Shown piece after piece: positions 10,873 through 23,295 of a stretch of DNA of 64,000 nt. The translations under genes and the position numbers were made by a program. Location of the stretch: NCBI GenBank assembly GCA_964016885.1, contig OZ024740.1:36890001-36954000 (forward strand), given 5' to 3'. Each line of letters opens with the position of its first letter. Position 1 is the first letter of the stretch. The notes beneath the pieces were generated by a model. It was not told the DNA's origin, did not search any database, and saw nothing but the letters and a program-made list of their open reading frames with translations. The DNA comes from Eledone cirrhosa (taxonomy: Eukaryota).

Positions 10873-11939
10873 GGGAGACACGATATGAAGCTTAAAAAAC
10901 ACTTGTGAATAGTGAAGTTTTAAATCAACATATGAAAAATGAATTAAGATTGATGTATGAGATTGAGAAATAGTGAGGGGGGTTGGAAAAGGTAAGGAAG
11001 AGGAAGAAATAAGAGTAGAGGATGGTGGGGAAGGAGTATAAGAAGGAAGCATGAGAGAGGAGGAGAGATGGGTGATCGAGAGAGAGAGAGAGATAGCCTT
11101 TACAACTGAGAAAAAATATTGTCTCACAGAGAGAAATTAAGAAGCCGTTGGAAGATAATAGATAATTTAAAATATTTTGAAATTAAAAGTTAATGAGGTT
11201 TATGCATGAAGAAAAGGGAATTAAGAATAGTATTAAATTAAGGTTTGTATATTGAAGGGTTTAATAATATGTGCGAAGAAAAGAATTTATTAATGTGTAT
11301 TATTAAAAATAAAAATATTAAGGATATTAAGGATATAATGTGAAAAGAAGGAGAAGAATGAATGAGTTATGAATTTAGAGGAATTAGTTAGGGTTTAAGT
11401 TTGTTTTTATGTAATGTAATATGTGTGCGTAAATAGTTTGTTTAAAATGAGCGCGGAAGGAAAGAAGAAAAGAATGTTTAAGGAAGAAAATGTCTAACAT
11501 CAAAAAGTATATATGTTTACGAAATATTTTCTAATGGTAATAATATAATACATTAAAAGAAATTAGTTAGGGTTTAAGTTAGTTTTTATGTATTGTAATA
11601 TGTAAAAGTCAAATTAAGTAGTAGGTTTAAAACGAGCATGAAAGGATGGAAGAGATATGAAAAATTTAAGGAAGAAAAAAACCTAACGTCAAAAGTTTAT
11701 ATGTTTACGAAGGACTTCTAATGGTAATATTATAATGTATTAAAATAATAATTTTTATGGCCAATGATATGAGGAAAGATGGAAGAATGGATAATGTTGT
11801 GGTGAGTAATAATATGAATTGAGAAGTAGTTGGGAAGAAAAAGTACAGATTAGAGATTAGAAATTAAAAAGAAAAAAGGAAGAAAGGAAAATGATAAAGA
11901 GGAATGATATAGAATGAGTAAATTGTATTATATAATATA

Positions 11940-12962
11940 CTAGCAGTAAAGCCCGGCGTTGCTCGGGGTCGCTCAGTAGCTGTGTTAAAGTTACAATGTT
12001 AAGTTTCTTTCTTGGCTTAAGAACTGTAGTGTCTACTGTGCAGACTTGCATGTGGTGTTTTTGATTAATATTCCCTCAACCAACAATATGCCTTATGAAG
12101 TTAAGAAAACATAACGATAACCCGAATGTTATAACAAAAGAGGATGCTGGGGATAGAAACTGCACTGGTTATTTATTAACAAAGATCGAAAATGTAAACA
12201 CTGCAACGCAGAGAAAAACATTAGCGTAACCAAATTATCAGTTATGTCTGTCTGCACGCCTATATCACCTCTCTGCACGACTGTCTGTCTGCACGCCTAT
12301 ATCACCTCTCTGCACGACTGTCTGTCTGCACGCCTATATCATCTGTCTGCACGACTGTCTGTCTGCACGCCTAACGACGAAATATTTGCTTGTTTTACGT
12401 AGTCTTTAAATAGACTTGTTTTCAAGTAAAAATATTGTTTTAAAATGCTTTTAAATGGAAATGAAGCAAAACGGGGTCGCTCAGTAGCTATGTTAAAGTT
12501 ACAATGTTAAGTTTCTTTTTTGGCTTAAAAACTGTAGTGTCTACTGTGCAGACTTGCATGTGGTGTTTTTTATTAATATTCCCTCAACCAACAATATGCC
12601 TTATGAAGTTAAGAAAACATAACGATAACCCGAATGTTATAACAAAAGAGGATGCTGGGGATAAAAACTGCACTGGTTATTTATTAACAAAGACTGAGAA
12701 AGCCAGCGTAATTTTTTACGTAAGACGCTCAATGTAAACAGAACAAAGGGAAATAACTGATAACTTACGCTCAAAAATCGATACATTATATTCGATTTCG
12801 TCACATAGGGTGGGTCAATTTGAAATTTTTTTTTCCGATGTCTTCGCTAGGGCTCAATGTAGAAGTATAGCAATTTCGGTGCAATTCCGTGAGAGATTCT
12901 AAGAGGAGATGTGTGCCAAAAATCGATAGACAGACAGACAACCACAGTTTTATATATATAGA
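11940..12962 (-). mobile_element. Non-autonomous Helitron with internal duplication and 37-bp minisatellite
   Basis: A|TC...hairpin CCCGAGCAACGCCGGG...CTAG|T termini; 11964-12190 is repeated at 12473-12692; 37-bp unit at 12246-12372. Confidence 0.75.
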
Positions 12963-14135
12963 TAATACTGAAATAAGGTAGAAAGATGGGTATATTTGTA
13001 AAAGATATATAATCCTTTGAGAAAAAGGATTTTCAACTAGTAAGGTATTGAGATGTATACTTTATGGAATGTTCTATGGAATTTATGCAAGCAGAGAGAA
13101 AATAAATCTATTTATTATAGAATTGAAATTAGATATAATGGTAAATTTCTCGGCTAGGCAGAGATTACATGTTCTGGATAGGGAAGAATTCAAGTAAGGA
13201 AAGGCGGAACAAACCTTCCTCCAAGAGATGTTATAGTTAATATTTTTGTCTTTCAAGGACCATATGAGTTCCGAGAGTGCCGTGTTAGTTCTTTTACGAT
13301 GGTATTTAAAAGACGAATTGTGATTATAAAATTTAGCCTTGAAGGAAGTGGAAGTGGAACCGAAATAGGTAAAAGAATTGGTATCAGTTATAACCTTACA
13401 TTCATAGACTAAGTTTTTATCAAGACAATGGTTATTAAGAGGACATTTAGTTTTAATAGGGCAATTACAATTACGATTAGAGAAATTAACAGAGTTATTA
13501 ACAGGTGACCTAGTGTTATTTATAGAAGGAATTGGATTGGAGAAGTTATTTACGATAGGAACAATAGTTTCCTGATTTAGATTGGTATTATGAACATTCA
13601 ACGAAGTTACGTTTGACGTCGTATTTAAATTTACAGAATCTAGCCTAGAGTTAACAATGACGTCGGGTGTACTACTGCTATTATTATGACGCTCAGTGAT
13701 GGAAGGATGTGATTTATTATTTAATATTTTATTGTTGTGTTTAGAGATAATGTTAGAGATATTGGAGGTGGTGGAATAAGAAAGTTTTATTGTATGTTTG
13801 TTAAAGATTTTACTATAGATATGTGAGGGAGGGAAGCATTTATCTAAGGCCCTAAAGAATAGTTTAGGAATATTATTATTAATAGATATAGAAAAAGGAG
13901 CATTATACCAGATTATATTTTTGTATCTAGGTCTTTTATTTAAGTTATTGGAATGTCCATAATTAATTATTTTACTGTAAGACCTTCTAGGATTGGTTTC
14001 TTTACTGTATTTAATTTTATCAGGATAAGTGGCTTTAGAAAGCGCATTATTATAGTAATTGGCGTTAGCATCGAAGATATCTTTATTAGAGGATAGGTTT
14101 GAGATTTTTTTTTCAATATTACTGACTATAGCATG

Positions 14136-14188
<53 letters not shown>

Positions 14189-14254
14189 ATGTATATTTTA
14201 TATGTATGTGTATGTATATGTGTATGTTTATGTATGTATATGTATGTATATGTA

Positions 14255-14301
<47 letters not shown>

Positions 14302-14310
14302 GTATATATA

Positions 14311-14372
<62 letters not shown>

Positions 14373-14440
14373 CAAGGTTTAGCAAATAAGAAAAAGTTTC
14401 AAAATAAATTTTAAAAAATTAACTCCACTTACTATATTTA

Positions 14441-14522
14441 CCTTTACCGATTCGGTTTCGATTCTCAAAAATAAACGGAGTCCATACGGCCTTCGTTGCA
14501 AAGAAAGAATCTCGTCAGAAGG
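14441..14522 (-). ncRNA. Type I hammerhead ribozyme with 40-nt stem II insert
   Basis: CCTT-CTGACGA-GATTCT-[40 nt]-AGAATC-GAAA-CCGAATCGG-TA-AAGG. Confidence 0.8.
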
Positions 14523-14729
14523 ATCTTTTCATTCGAAGAATATACATTCTCAAATTCAAATTACGAACTGGCGCTATTCAAAATTGTTCCCGAGATGAGA
14601 GTAAATGAAGTGGAATCAATTTTTTCAAGGGCCAAGTGTAAAGGTAGAGGCAAAGGCATATATATATATATATATATGAAAGACGTAAAATAAGAAAATT
14701 ATAAAAATTAACTTACTTACTAAAATTTC

Positions 14730-14812
14730 ACTCCAACTAATTAGTTTCTGAAAGGGAATAAACATGGTTTCCGAATGGAACGCATGGAGAAGGCCTTTCG
14801 TCATCAGGAAGT
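14730..14812 (-). ncRNA. Type I hammerhead ribozyme with 38-nt stem II insert
   Basis: ACTTC-CTGATGA-C-GAAAGG-[38 nt]-CCTTTC-A-GAAA-CTAATTAG-TT-GGAGT; palindromic stem III; GUU site. Confidence 0.75.
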
Positions 14813-14827
14813 CTATTCTCAGCTAAG

Positions 14828-15139
<312 letters not shown>

Positions 15140-15574
15140 ATGTCTGTTGACAGCTGGAATATAGCTTCAGAGAAATATGACAATAATGATAGACACCCAA
15201 TATTTTGAACTGGTTTATAGAATTCTCTTGGCCTTTGTCACTCTAAGTAGAGCTTTAAAGAATTAGCTTTTAAAGAATTTGTCTTTTCTTTAAATCCATC
15301 AACCATGACCGACCCCCAACCATCTTATAGACACCTGAAATATAGGCATTGTTAGCTTAAGAGAAACTTAAAAATAAGGAGTGGCACCCCATTCTGAACC
15401 TGTTTATAGAATCCTTTCTGCCTTTGTCACTCTAAATATAAACTATAGCCTTAAAGAATTAGCTTTTAATGAATTCCCTTTTCTTTCAACCAATGACCTC
15501 CACCCATCCCACTCCCCACCCTCTCCTACCACCTGAAAAGATATAAATACCACACCATTTACTTTTGGAAAGCC

Positions 15575-15625
15575 AGATTCCTGATGATTTCTAAAGAATG
15601 AAACAGTTCTAGTCCTGTAGAATCT
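15575..15625 (+). ncRNA. Type I hammerhead ribozyme (family C)
   Basis: AGATTCCTGATGATTTCTAAAGAATGAAACAGTTCTAGTCCTGTAGAATCT; ends a ~500-bp non-coding piece (15140-15640) with an internal ~190-bp duplication. Confidence 0.85.
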
Positions 15626-15744
15626 CATCTATATTAAAAATATATATATATATGAGTGTGTGTGTCACCGTTTTTAAGTAAGAGACATATATATGTGTGT
15701 ATCCCCTTCCTTCCTTTTACACAAACACACATTTTGTGATGGAC

Positions 15745-16200
15745 GGATGGACAGAAGTCGCTCAAATTTATATGCATGTGAATGGAGTTCCACTGAAGCA
15801 TGCAGAGAAGCTCAAGTTTTACTACGGGGCCGTATTCACGAGTGATGAAATGCATGAGGCTGAATTAAGTGCAAGTATTGCAAAATCTGATGCAGTAATG
15901 CGCCAGCTTCAACATTCAGTAATCAGAAGAGAGGTAGGTGTAAAACCCAAACTCGGTGTCTTCTTGGTATTCCTGCCAACCCTTACCTACGGTCATGAAT
16001 CTTGGGTAATGACTGAAAGAATACGATTGCAAATACCAGCGGCCGAAATGGGTTCCTCTGAAGGATCTTTGGGATAACTTTAGTTGATAAAGTGCATAGC
16101 TCGGAGATCAGTGAGTCACTCCAGGTAGAACCGCTACTTCTCATGATTAAGAGATCACAGCGCCGATACTATGGACATGTGGTTAGAATGTCTCGCTGGA
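15745..16200 (+). pseudogene. RTE-clade LINE fragment (post-RT region)
   Basis: FLPTLTYGHESWVMTERIRLQIPAAEMG..VEPLLLMIKRSQRRYYGHVVRM. Confidence 0.8.
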
Positions 16201-16217
16201 CAGATTTTTCAGGCAGA

Positions 16218-16342
16218 AGATATTGTCAATTTGCTTTTCAATTCACATATCATATCTATATGAATATATATTTGCGTATAATACCATAACACATACTACA
16301 TATGCTAGCAGAAAACCGCCAGAAGAGCGGTTCTTCTGCTAG
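16218..16342 (+). mobile_element. Helitron 3' terminus
   Basis: GCTAGCAGAAAACCGCCAGAAGAGCGGTTCTTCTGCTAG|T; same end as 45035-45523. Confidence 0.65.
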
Positions 16343-16347
16343 TTATA

Positions 16348-16713
16348 ATAATTGTTTCTACTTTTGGCACAAGGCCAGCAATTACCCAGTACATTACTGG
16401 TACTTTATTTTATCGACCCCGTAAGGATGAAAGACAAAGTTAACCTCGGCGGGATTTGAACTCAGATCATAAAGGACGTAACCCTTTGCGTCAAAGCATG
16501 GCGTCCGACCCTCTACTGATACTGCCAATCCACCGCCCTTATACACAGAAATAATTGTTTCTACTTTTGGCACAAGGCCAGCAATTACCCAGTGCATTAC
16601 TGGTACTTTATTTTATCGACCCCGTAAGGATGAAAGGCAAAGTCAACCTCGGCGGGATTTGAACTCAGATCGTAAAGGGACGTAACTATGCTAGAAAGCA
16701 TGGCGTCCGACCC
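16348..16713 (-). mobile_element. Two tandem OK-like SINEs
   Basis: Two head-to-tail copies (16348-16540 and 16548-16713), each with the B box GAGTTCAAATCCC. Confidence 0.85.
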
Positions 16714-17199
16714 TAGAAATAATACATGGTTGTCTGATGTGTTGTTTTTATATTACTGTTCTTTTTTTTTTTTTTGTCGGTTGACCAAATATAGAACTTG
16801 TCAGCTTCCTAATTGTGTTTGTGCTTCGTTTTGTTTTCTTTACTGTGATTCCTTTGGGTTCTGGCAAAGTTATGAAGCTGTTATATGTAACTTCAAGTGA
16901 TGTATATTTTTTACTGTGCATGTGCAACATTTTTACGTTGTTGAGTCTAATGGTAGAGTGTATTTGGTGTTCTCTGGTATTTCAACAATGAGGAAAATTG
17001 TGTATATCATAGATGCTACTTCAAATGATTTATTTTGAAGGGAGGATACGAGTTTCATGGCATCTTTATACGAAGCTGTCGGCATATTTTTGCGAAGGTG
17101 TGGGAAGTTTTGTATGAATAGGTTCTAAATAGTGATAGCGAGAACGTATCGTTATACTAATTTATACGAAAATGTTTCTGAGTCTTCTTATTCTTCTTC

Positions 17200-17370
17200 A
17201 CCCATTTATTCTTGAGAAGGTCATGGGGGAAGAGTTCTCAAACATTCCCTCCAACGAGTTCTGTCAGAAGCAACTGTCTCCAACTGATCCGGCTGGACCC
17301 CCAAGTGTGAGCAGCCAAGCTCATGGATGTTAACCAACCATCTTGCTCAGCGTTTACCCTGGGTCCTTGA
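17200..17370 (-). pseudogene. RTE LINE 3'-end fragment
   Basis: Homologous to ~33436-33610 (CTGTCAGAAGCAA..AACTGATCC.GCTGGA..CAGCCAAGC.CATGGAT). Confidence 0.6.
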
Positions 17371-18154
17371 GTCATAAAATTAAATACCAGTTATATTCTC
17401 AGTCGCTACAATTCATAGAACTTCGACCCGCTATAATTTCTCGTATTGTGTGAATGAGAAAAATCACTAAAATATATTAGGAATAAAGAAAAGTAGGACA
17501 AGAAAATAATAGATAAATATTTTCCCGTAGCTCATCATAATTACCACATTATGTTGTTATATTACTGTAATATTGTACCACCACATTATGTCGTTGTTGT
17601 TATTGTTATTGTTGTTATATTGTTGTGAAAATTAATTTCTGGACTTCATCTTTTACAGCAAACTGGAGTGAATGAAGAAACCAGCATAAAATATTGAATT
17701 AACTTGGTTGAGATCCATTGCTGTTAATCCCCATATTAAAAGGAATATAGACAGTGTTTTCTCTAAATGTCAACCGTCTTTAATATTTGAAGATTAATAA
17801 ATAAAGATTAACAAATATTTCAAATGAAACAGAAATATGTATTCTAATATCTTGGATTTAGTTCTAAAGAAAATTCTTGCTGCTTTGGTTATTTTCATAG
17901 CTATACCTTCATTTTAAGTTTATACTGATAATCCCCACACCGGGGAAAGCTGGTTTTATAGCAACAAACAATCCATTTTCCCAGATTGCATTTTCTATTT
18001 CTGTCTCTTCTGTGATGTCAAATTGACTAGAAAATTCGATAAAATATTCACCACACTCTTGGCATTAAATATTTTCTCAATGTTTTTAGGAATGTATTTT
18101 CAATAGTTCTTCTGGACAATTTTTCAAGCCTAAGTTTAATTATTATTATTATTA

Positions 18155-18223
18155 CGGGGTCGATAAAATAAAGTACCAGTAATGCACTGGGTAATTGCTG
18201 GCCTTGTGCCTAAAGTAGAAACA

Positions 18224-18225
<2 letters not shown>
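18155..18225 (+). mobile_element. 5'-truncated OK-like SINE embedded in (TTA)n
   Basis: Exact SINE 3' half with ATT repeats on both sides. Confidence 0.85.
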
Positions 18226-18256
<31 letters not shown>

Positions 18257-18542
18257 GGTTGGTGAAGCCACGCTTCTTATCGTCTCCAATCTTTTTCAAC
18301 GTTTTACCTCTTTTTCAACCGTTCTAAACCTTTTATTCAAGTTTTAAATTTGATAAAAGTTTAGAAGAAGTGACCCACCTAATACAGGGGTTCACTAGTA
18401 AATAATACGGCACCCCTTTACGGGGTGTCGTATTCGTATTCATATTTGTGTAAAAATATTTTTTGAAAAATTTCAACATGGATAACACAAAAAAGAGAGA
18501 GAGCGCTGTCAGACAACACAGAGAGAGGGAGACTTTACCAGC

Positions 18543-20430
18543 ATGTCAACAAGACAGCGTTCCAGCGGAGGTAAATATAAACGAAAATATAACAAAGGAA
18601 AAAAAATTGTTACAGATTTAAAATTAACAAATATTTCTAACACAAACAACACCAACAATAACACCAACAACATCACCAACAACAACACCAAAAATAACAG
18701 CGGTAAAGTCGAGAACGACAATAACAAAAATAACAGAGGTAAGGTCGAGAACTACAATAACAATGACAATAACAACAGCCACAACAACAGTAACAGCAGC
18801 AACAGTATCAACGAAAACAACCCCAACAACTGTACGAGCGAAAAGAACAACAATGACACCGATACCTGTAATAGCGACCTCAGCACCACCAGTAGGACCA
18901 GTAGCGGCAGCAATAGTGGTGCTGCTGAAAAAGGGACCACTTCTTTTGGAGGTGTCGCCCGAAATATCGAGACAGTGTTAGTCACAGAGGAGGAGATGGC
19001 AGTCGCAAGGGCCATGGTGACAAGAAGCGCAAATAGAGTTTCCCTGAAAACTCCACCCGATGTTTTCAAGGACCAGCAGCTACGAACGGTGACTTACCGC
19101 ACCGTAAGCAAAATCTCACATCGAGTGGAGAGAGCCACGGAGGCTCAAATCCAAAAGGCTTTGGGGTGCGTCTGGGCACGCAGAACCCACATCATCCGAG
19201 GCAGAAAGTACGCCACAGTAGACGTACTTTTCGCCACCCCCAAGGAAGCAAAGTCTCACTCTTTGGAAACCCTAAAGAATGAGGAGTTAGTCTTGGTGCC
19301 CTCCTACTGCGGGCAGAAAATTGTGAGGGTCAAAGTGACCCAGGTCCCACCCGACGTGCCCATACCTTGGCTGGCCGCGTCTGTCCTTGCTGGAATTGAG
19401 AACAGGGCGACCATGCTGCAAGTAGAAAAAATAGGGAGAGAGAACTGGTCAGGTATAGGCATGCAAATGCTTATACAAACTGACCAGGAATGTATCGAGG
19501 CTATCCCCGATATCATAGACTTTGAGGAAGGACTCCAACTCCCTATAAGTGTAGAAGGAAGACGGCCAAAATGTTATCTCTGTGGGTCGAAAGATCACCT
19601 CAGGGCCTTTTGCCCACAGAAGACACCGAAGAGGGCCCCTCTCCTTCCAATACCTGGTCCGCTGTTACCAAGAGCAGGACAGGCAACAAACGAAGAAGCC
19701 CCGTCCACGGTGAGTAGGAGGGCAACGTCCGTAGCACCCGTACCAAGGCCACGGATAACTAAAGCAGCATCATCAGTAGCGGCAACACCAATAGCTACAT
19801 TTGAAATAGCTACACCAGCAACAACATTGCCGAAGAGGGCTCCACTACCACCACCAACAGCCGTGGAGCACATACCCCTCCCAGACGCCACAGAATCCGA
19901 CATGGAGTTTGAGGCGGGAGTGACGTGGCAAACAGTCTGCCACAAAAAACAAAAAACAAAAAAAAACCTTAGATTCACCCTCCAAAAGCGAAGGCATACA
20001 AAGAGGGGTAAAGGCAGCAAGGAAACTTGCAGCAACACCACCACAAACACCAACAACGCAAACACAACAAGACACACACACCAAACAACAACAAGAAGAA
20101 AACGGCAACAAAATCACCCCTCCCCCCAAAAAGTACACAGCCATAAACATAGCAAAAAAAGAACTCATAAAATATATAAAGCAGCACACAGACATCACGG
20201 AAAAAAATTACTACACCCCACCAACACCAAGAACTCTCCCGTCAAACATAAGCATCATCGAAATCTCATTAGAACAATACAAACCTTTAAAACAAAAATT
20301 CCCCAACGCAGTTGGAGACTTCAGAGGGACGGTTACCAAGAGGATATACACTGACATCCTCTTGGAAACACACATGACCAGCGAAAGGGACGGTTCTACT
20401 GTCCCTTCACCACACGAACAAGGTAAGTGA
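18543..20430 (+). pseudogene. T1 ORF1, Gag-like nucleic-acid-binding protein
   Basis: Asn-rich N-terminus and CCHC knuckle CYLCGSKDHLRAFC; frameshift in an A-run near 19950-19970; true C-terminus reads ..STVPSPHEQGK*. Confidence 0.85.
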
Positions 20431-20462
20431 CCCTTTCTCATTTGCCCCGTTTCTCATCCAAC

Positions 20463-22968
20463 ATGGTTGTACTCAGAATAGGAAGTATAAATGCACGTGG
20501 CCTGGGGTCATCTTGGAAGCAGGGTCACCTGCTCAATGACCTCAGGTCACTAAACATAGATGTGGCGGCCATCAGTGAAACCAGAATCTCCGAGGCACGG
20601 GCCATCGCACCGATCTTCGGCGGCTACGATGTATACGCATCTCCCAGCCGTCCAGGATCGGGGGATGGGTTGCCGTCCTTTTTCGAAGAGGCTTGGATCT
20701 CGCTATACGGGCCATCTTCCTGGACCCAGAAAGTAAGTCCGTGGTGCTAGACGTGACCGGCAGCGAAGGCAATGCTTTCAGGCTAGTAGCCGTCTACGCC
20801 CCAACAGGGGCAGGACGGCCAGATTTCTTCAGACGTCTAGAGACCTTTCTTGGAACGTCCCGCTCTTTAGTGTTAGTGGGCGACTGGAACGGTATCTTGG
20901 ATGCACGCTGGGATCGTGTGGGGCTAGTGGATAGGGGAGGAGGGTGCAAGAGCCTCACCAACCTGCTCAGGCGTTTTGAACTGTCTAACAGGTATCGACT
21001 GGATCACCCGAATGTGCCAATGTGGACATGGACAAACCGCATCGGGTCATCCAGATCGTATCTAGATAGGGTATTCTGCAGGGAACTAGATAAGGCTAGT
21101 ATAAGTTGTCCACAATTTAAAATAGTCGACTACACAGACCACAAATTTGTGATCTGTGAGATCGACATAGACAGACTTCATAGACAAGGGTCTGGTCACT
21201 GGAAGCTGAACGCATCTTTCCCGGTGCGCAAGGCCTACAGAGACCGGATTAGCGTATTAGCACTTTGCTGAACTGTTCGGGAGCGGCGGAGGCCCTGATC
21301 AACTTGGATCAATCCAAAGCATTCGATAGGGTCGACCATCGGTACCTGGCGGCGGTCCTCGAGGCAGCCGGTTTCGGGCCCGTTTTCAGGCGTTGGATCG
21401 CAGCAATGTACAGCGACATCTGCTCAGTTGTGAGGGTGAACGGTCATCTGTCGCAGCCGTTTAGCATCATGCGCTCAGTCCGCCAGGCTTGTTCCCTCTC
21501 GTCCCTCTTGTACGTATTGGCTCTCGAGCCGTTACTGCACAAACTGGCGGCGATGAGGGGCGTCCCACGCGAACTAGGATGCGGGAAATCCGAGTCGGCT
21601 TACGCTGACGACGTCACCGTGGTGGTGTCGAGCACCAGACACGTCCAGATGCTCGGCACCGCTCTCAAGGAATACGAAACGGTGACAGGAGCAAAGATAA
21701 ACCAGGAAAAGTCGGTGGGCTTGCAGCTAGGCACGTGGAGAGGCAAGTCCATGCCGTCCGACAGCGTCGTGGGGCGTTGGACGGACGGACCGGTTAAATT
21801 GCTCGGGGTCTGGTTCGGACCGGACCTCCAGATGGAGAAAAACTGGAACGAGGTGACGAGCAGGGTGGCCTCCCTCACCCAGAAATGGGCTGAGAGGAAG
21901 TTGTCCCTGAAAGGCCGGGCGGAAGTGGCGAATGCGAACATCGCATCCGTCATCTGCTACCGCCTCACCGTCGTCCCTTGCTCCAGCCCAACTCTCACCA
22001 AAATGGAGCGCCTCCTCTTCCGCTTTTTGTGGAAGGGACGCGCTCCCATGGTCAGACGATCCATCTGCTGTCAACACCCGTTGCGTGGAGGACTGGGCAT
22101 GCCATGGCTGATGATGCGCAAACATGCGCTGAGGCTGCGACATCTCTGGTGCTTCCTTGATGGTGAACGGGTGTGGTCGCCGTTCGCCAGGCACATTTTC
22201 CCACAGCCCGTCTCCTTGACGGAGCTACAGTACTGGGTCAGAAAAAGACCGAGGGATAGCGCTTGGAAACTGGAATGTCTCCAGGCGCTCACTGCCCTCT
22301 CCCAGTTGGGCACCAGTATCGGTGGAACATCCACCTCGGCGTTCTATAGAGGACTAGTGGAGGGGAAGAGCGACGACGTTCTCGGAGAGATCCTGGGATC
22401 CGAAGAAGATCAGCTGCTTGCTCTCTTCCGGAGAACTTTCAGCCCGGGGCCTATGGATAACTTCCAAAAATCCCTGGCCTGGCAGTGCTACCGGGGAGCG
22501 CTGGCGGTTCGAGATTAGCTCTACAGGCACGGAAGTGCCGTCAGCCGAGCCTGTCCGAGATGCGCGCATAGCGACGAAACCGTTGTGCACGCACTCGTTC
22601 AGTGCCCGAGCATTGCTGACTTGTGGAGCTATGTCGAACAGTTGCTGTCACGTGTGGGACTGATCCGGTTGTCGACTGAGTCCATTGTGCAGATGGTCTC
22701 GCCGTCTTCCTTTGAGGAGGAAGGGCAGGCGGTTTTCATCTGCCTGGTGGCCATGGCGAAAGAGATTGTGTGGTGGACAATGTTAAAAGGATTAAAGACA
22801 AACACTTTCCTCTTCGGCGAATCCCTGATTAACTTTTTCAAGTTTCACTTGAAGAGGAAAATCAGGGTGGAGAGGCAAGTGCTGCTTTCTAGCAAGTTTG
22901 TTGAAAGGTGGGTGAATGTAGCGAGAATGGTCCGAGTGAACGGGACCACTCTGAATATATGTCTGTAG
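20463..22968 (+). pseudogene. T1 ORF2, AP endonuclease plus reverse transcriptase (disrupted)
   Basis: IGSINARGL, ISET, VYAP, GDWN, SYLDR, TDH; LDQSKAFDRVDH, VRQACSLS, YADD; C-terminal CPRC..H..C. Confidence 0.92.
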
Positions 22969-23295
22969 TTTGAGAGATGGAAAAATTGAGAGAGGGCGCT
23001 TGCCCTGGTAGACAGGGTGGCCGTGGTCTTTTGTGTGGTTTTCACCACGAGTAACCCGCGGAGGTTTCCCCCCTATTGGGGAATTTTTCATTGTTTCAAC
23101 TTCCATTTTATTGTTTACATATATATATATGTTTTATGTCTTTTTTCTTTTCTTATATAAATAATAAAAATATTTACACGCACAAAACCCACATCATACC
23201 GTCCTGTTCCGTCTGTGACGTTTTTCTTGATGTCAGCCCTTGTGGCCAATAAAGAAATCATTATTATTATTATTATTATTATTATTGTTGTTATT

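Larger units (their letters stand above)
10770..14130 (-). mobile_element. Penelope-like element PLE2 (3' part of the ORF plus a long 3' region), possibly Hydra-clade
   Basis: ORF 13083..~14130 has [60 protein letters not shown]; hammerhead at the distal end; interrupted by a Helitron. Confidence 0.8.
18257..23259 (+). mobile_element. Tx1-type LINE copy T1 (full 5' end, internally deleted ORF2)
   Basis: Starts right after (TTA)n and ends CCCTTGTGGCCAATAAAGAAATC+(ATT)n; two-ORF structure. Confidence 0.92.

Noticed and set aside
16720-18135. Possible host exon or coding relic on the minus strand (..CQECGEYFIEFSSQF..)
   Set aside because: Multiple stops and no recognisable domain; probably a decayed retroelement ORF1 that I cannot assign
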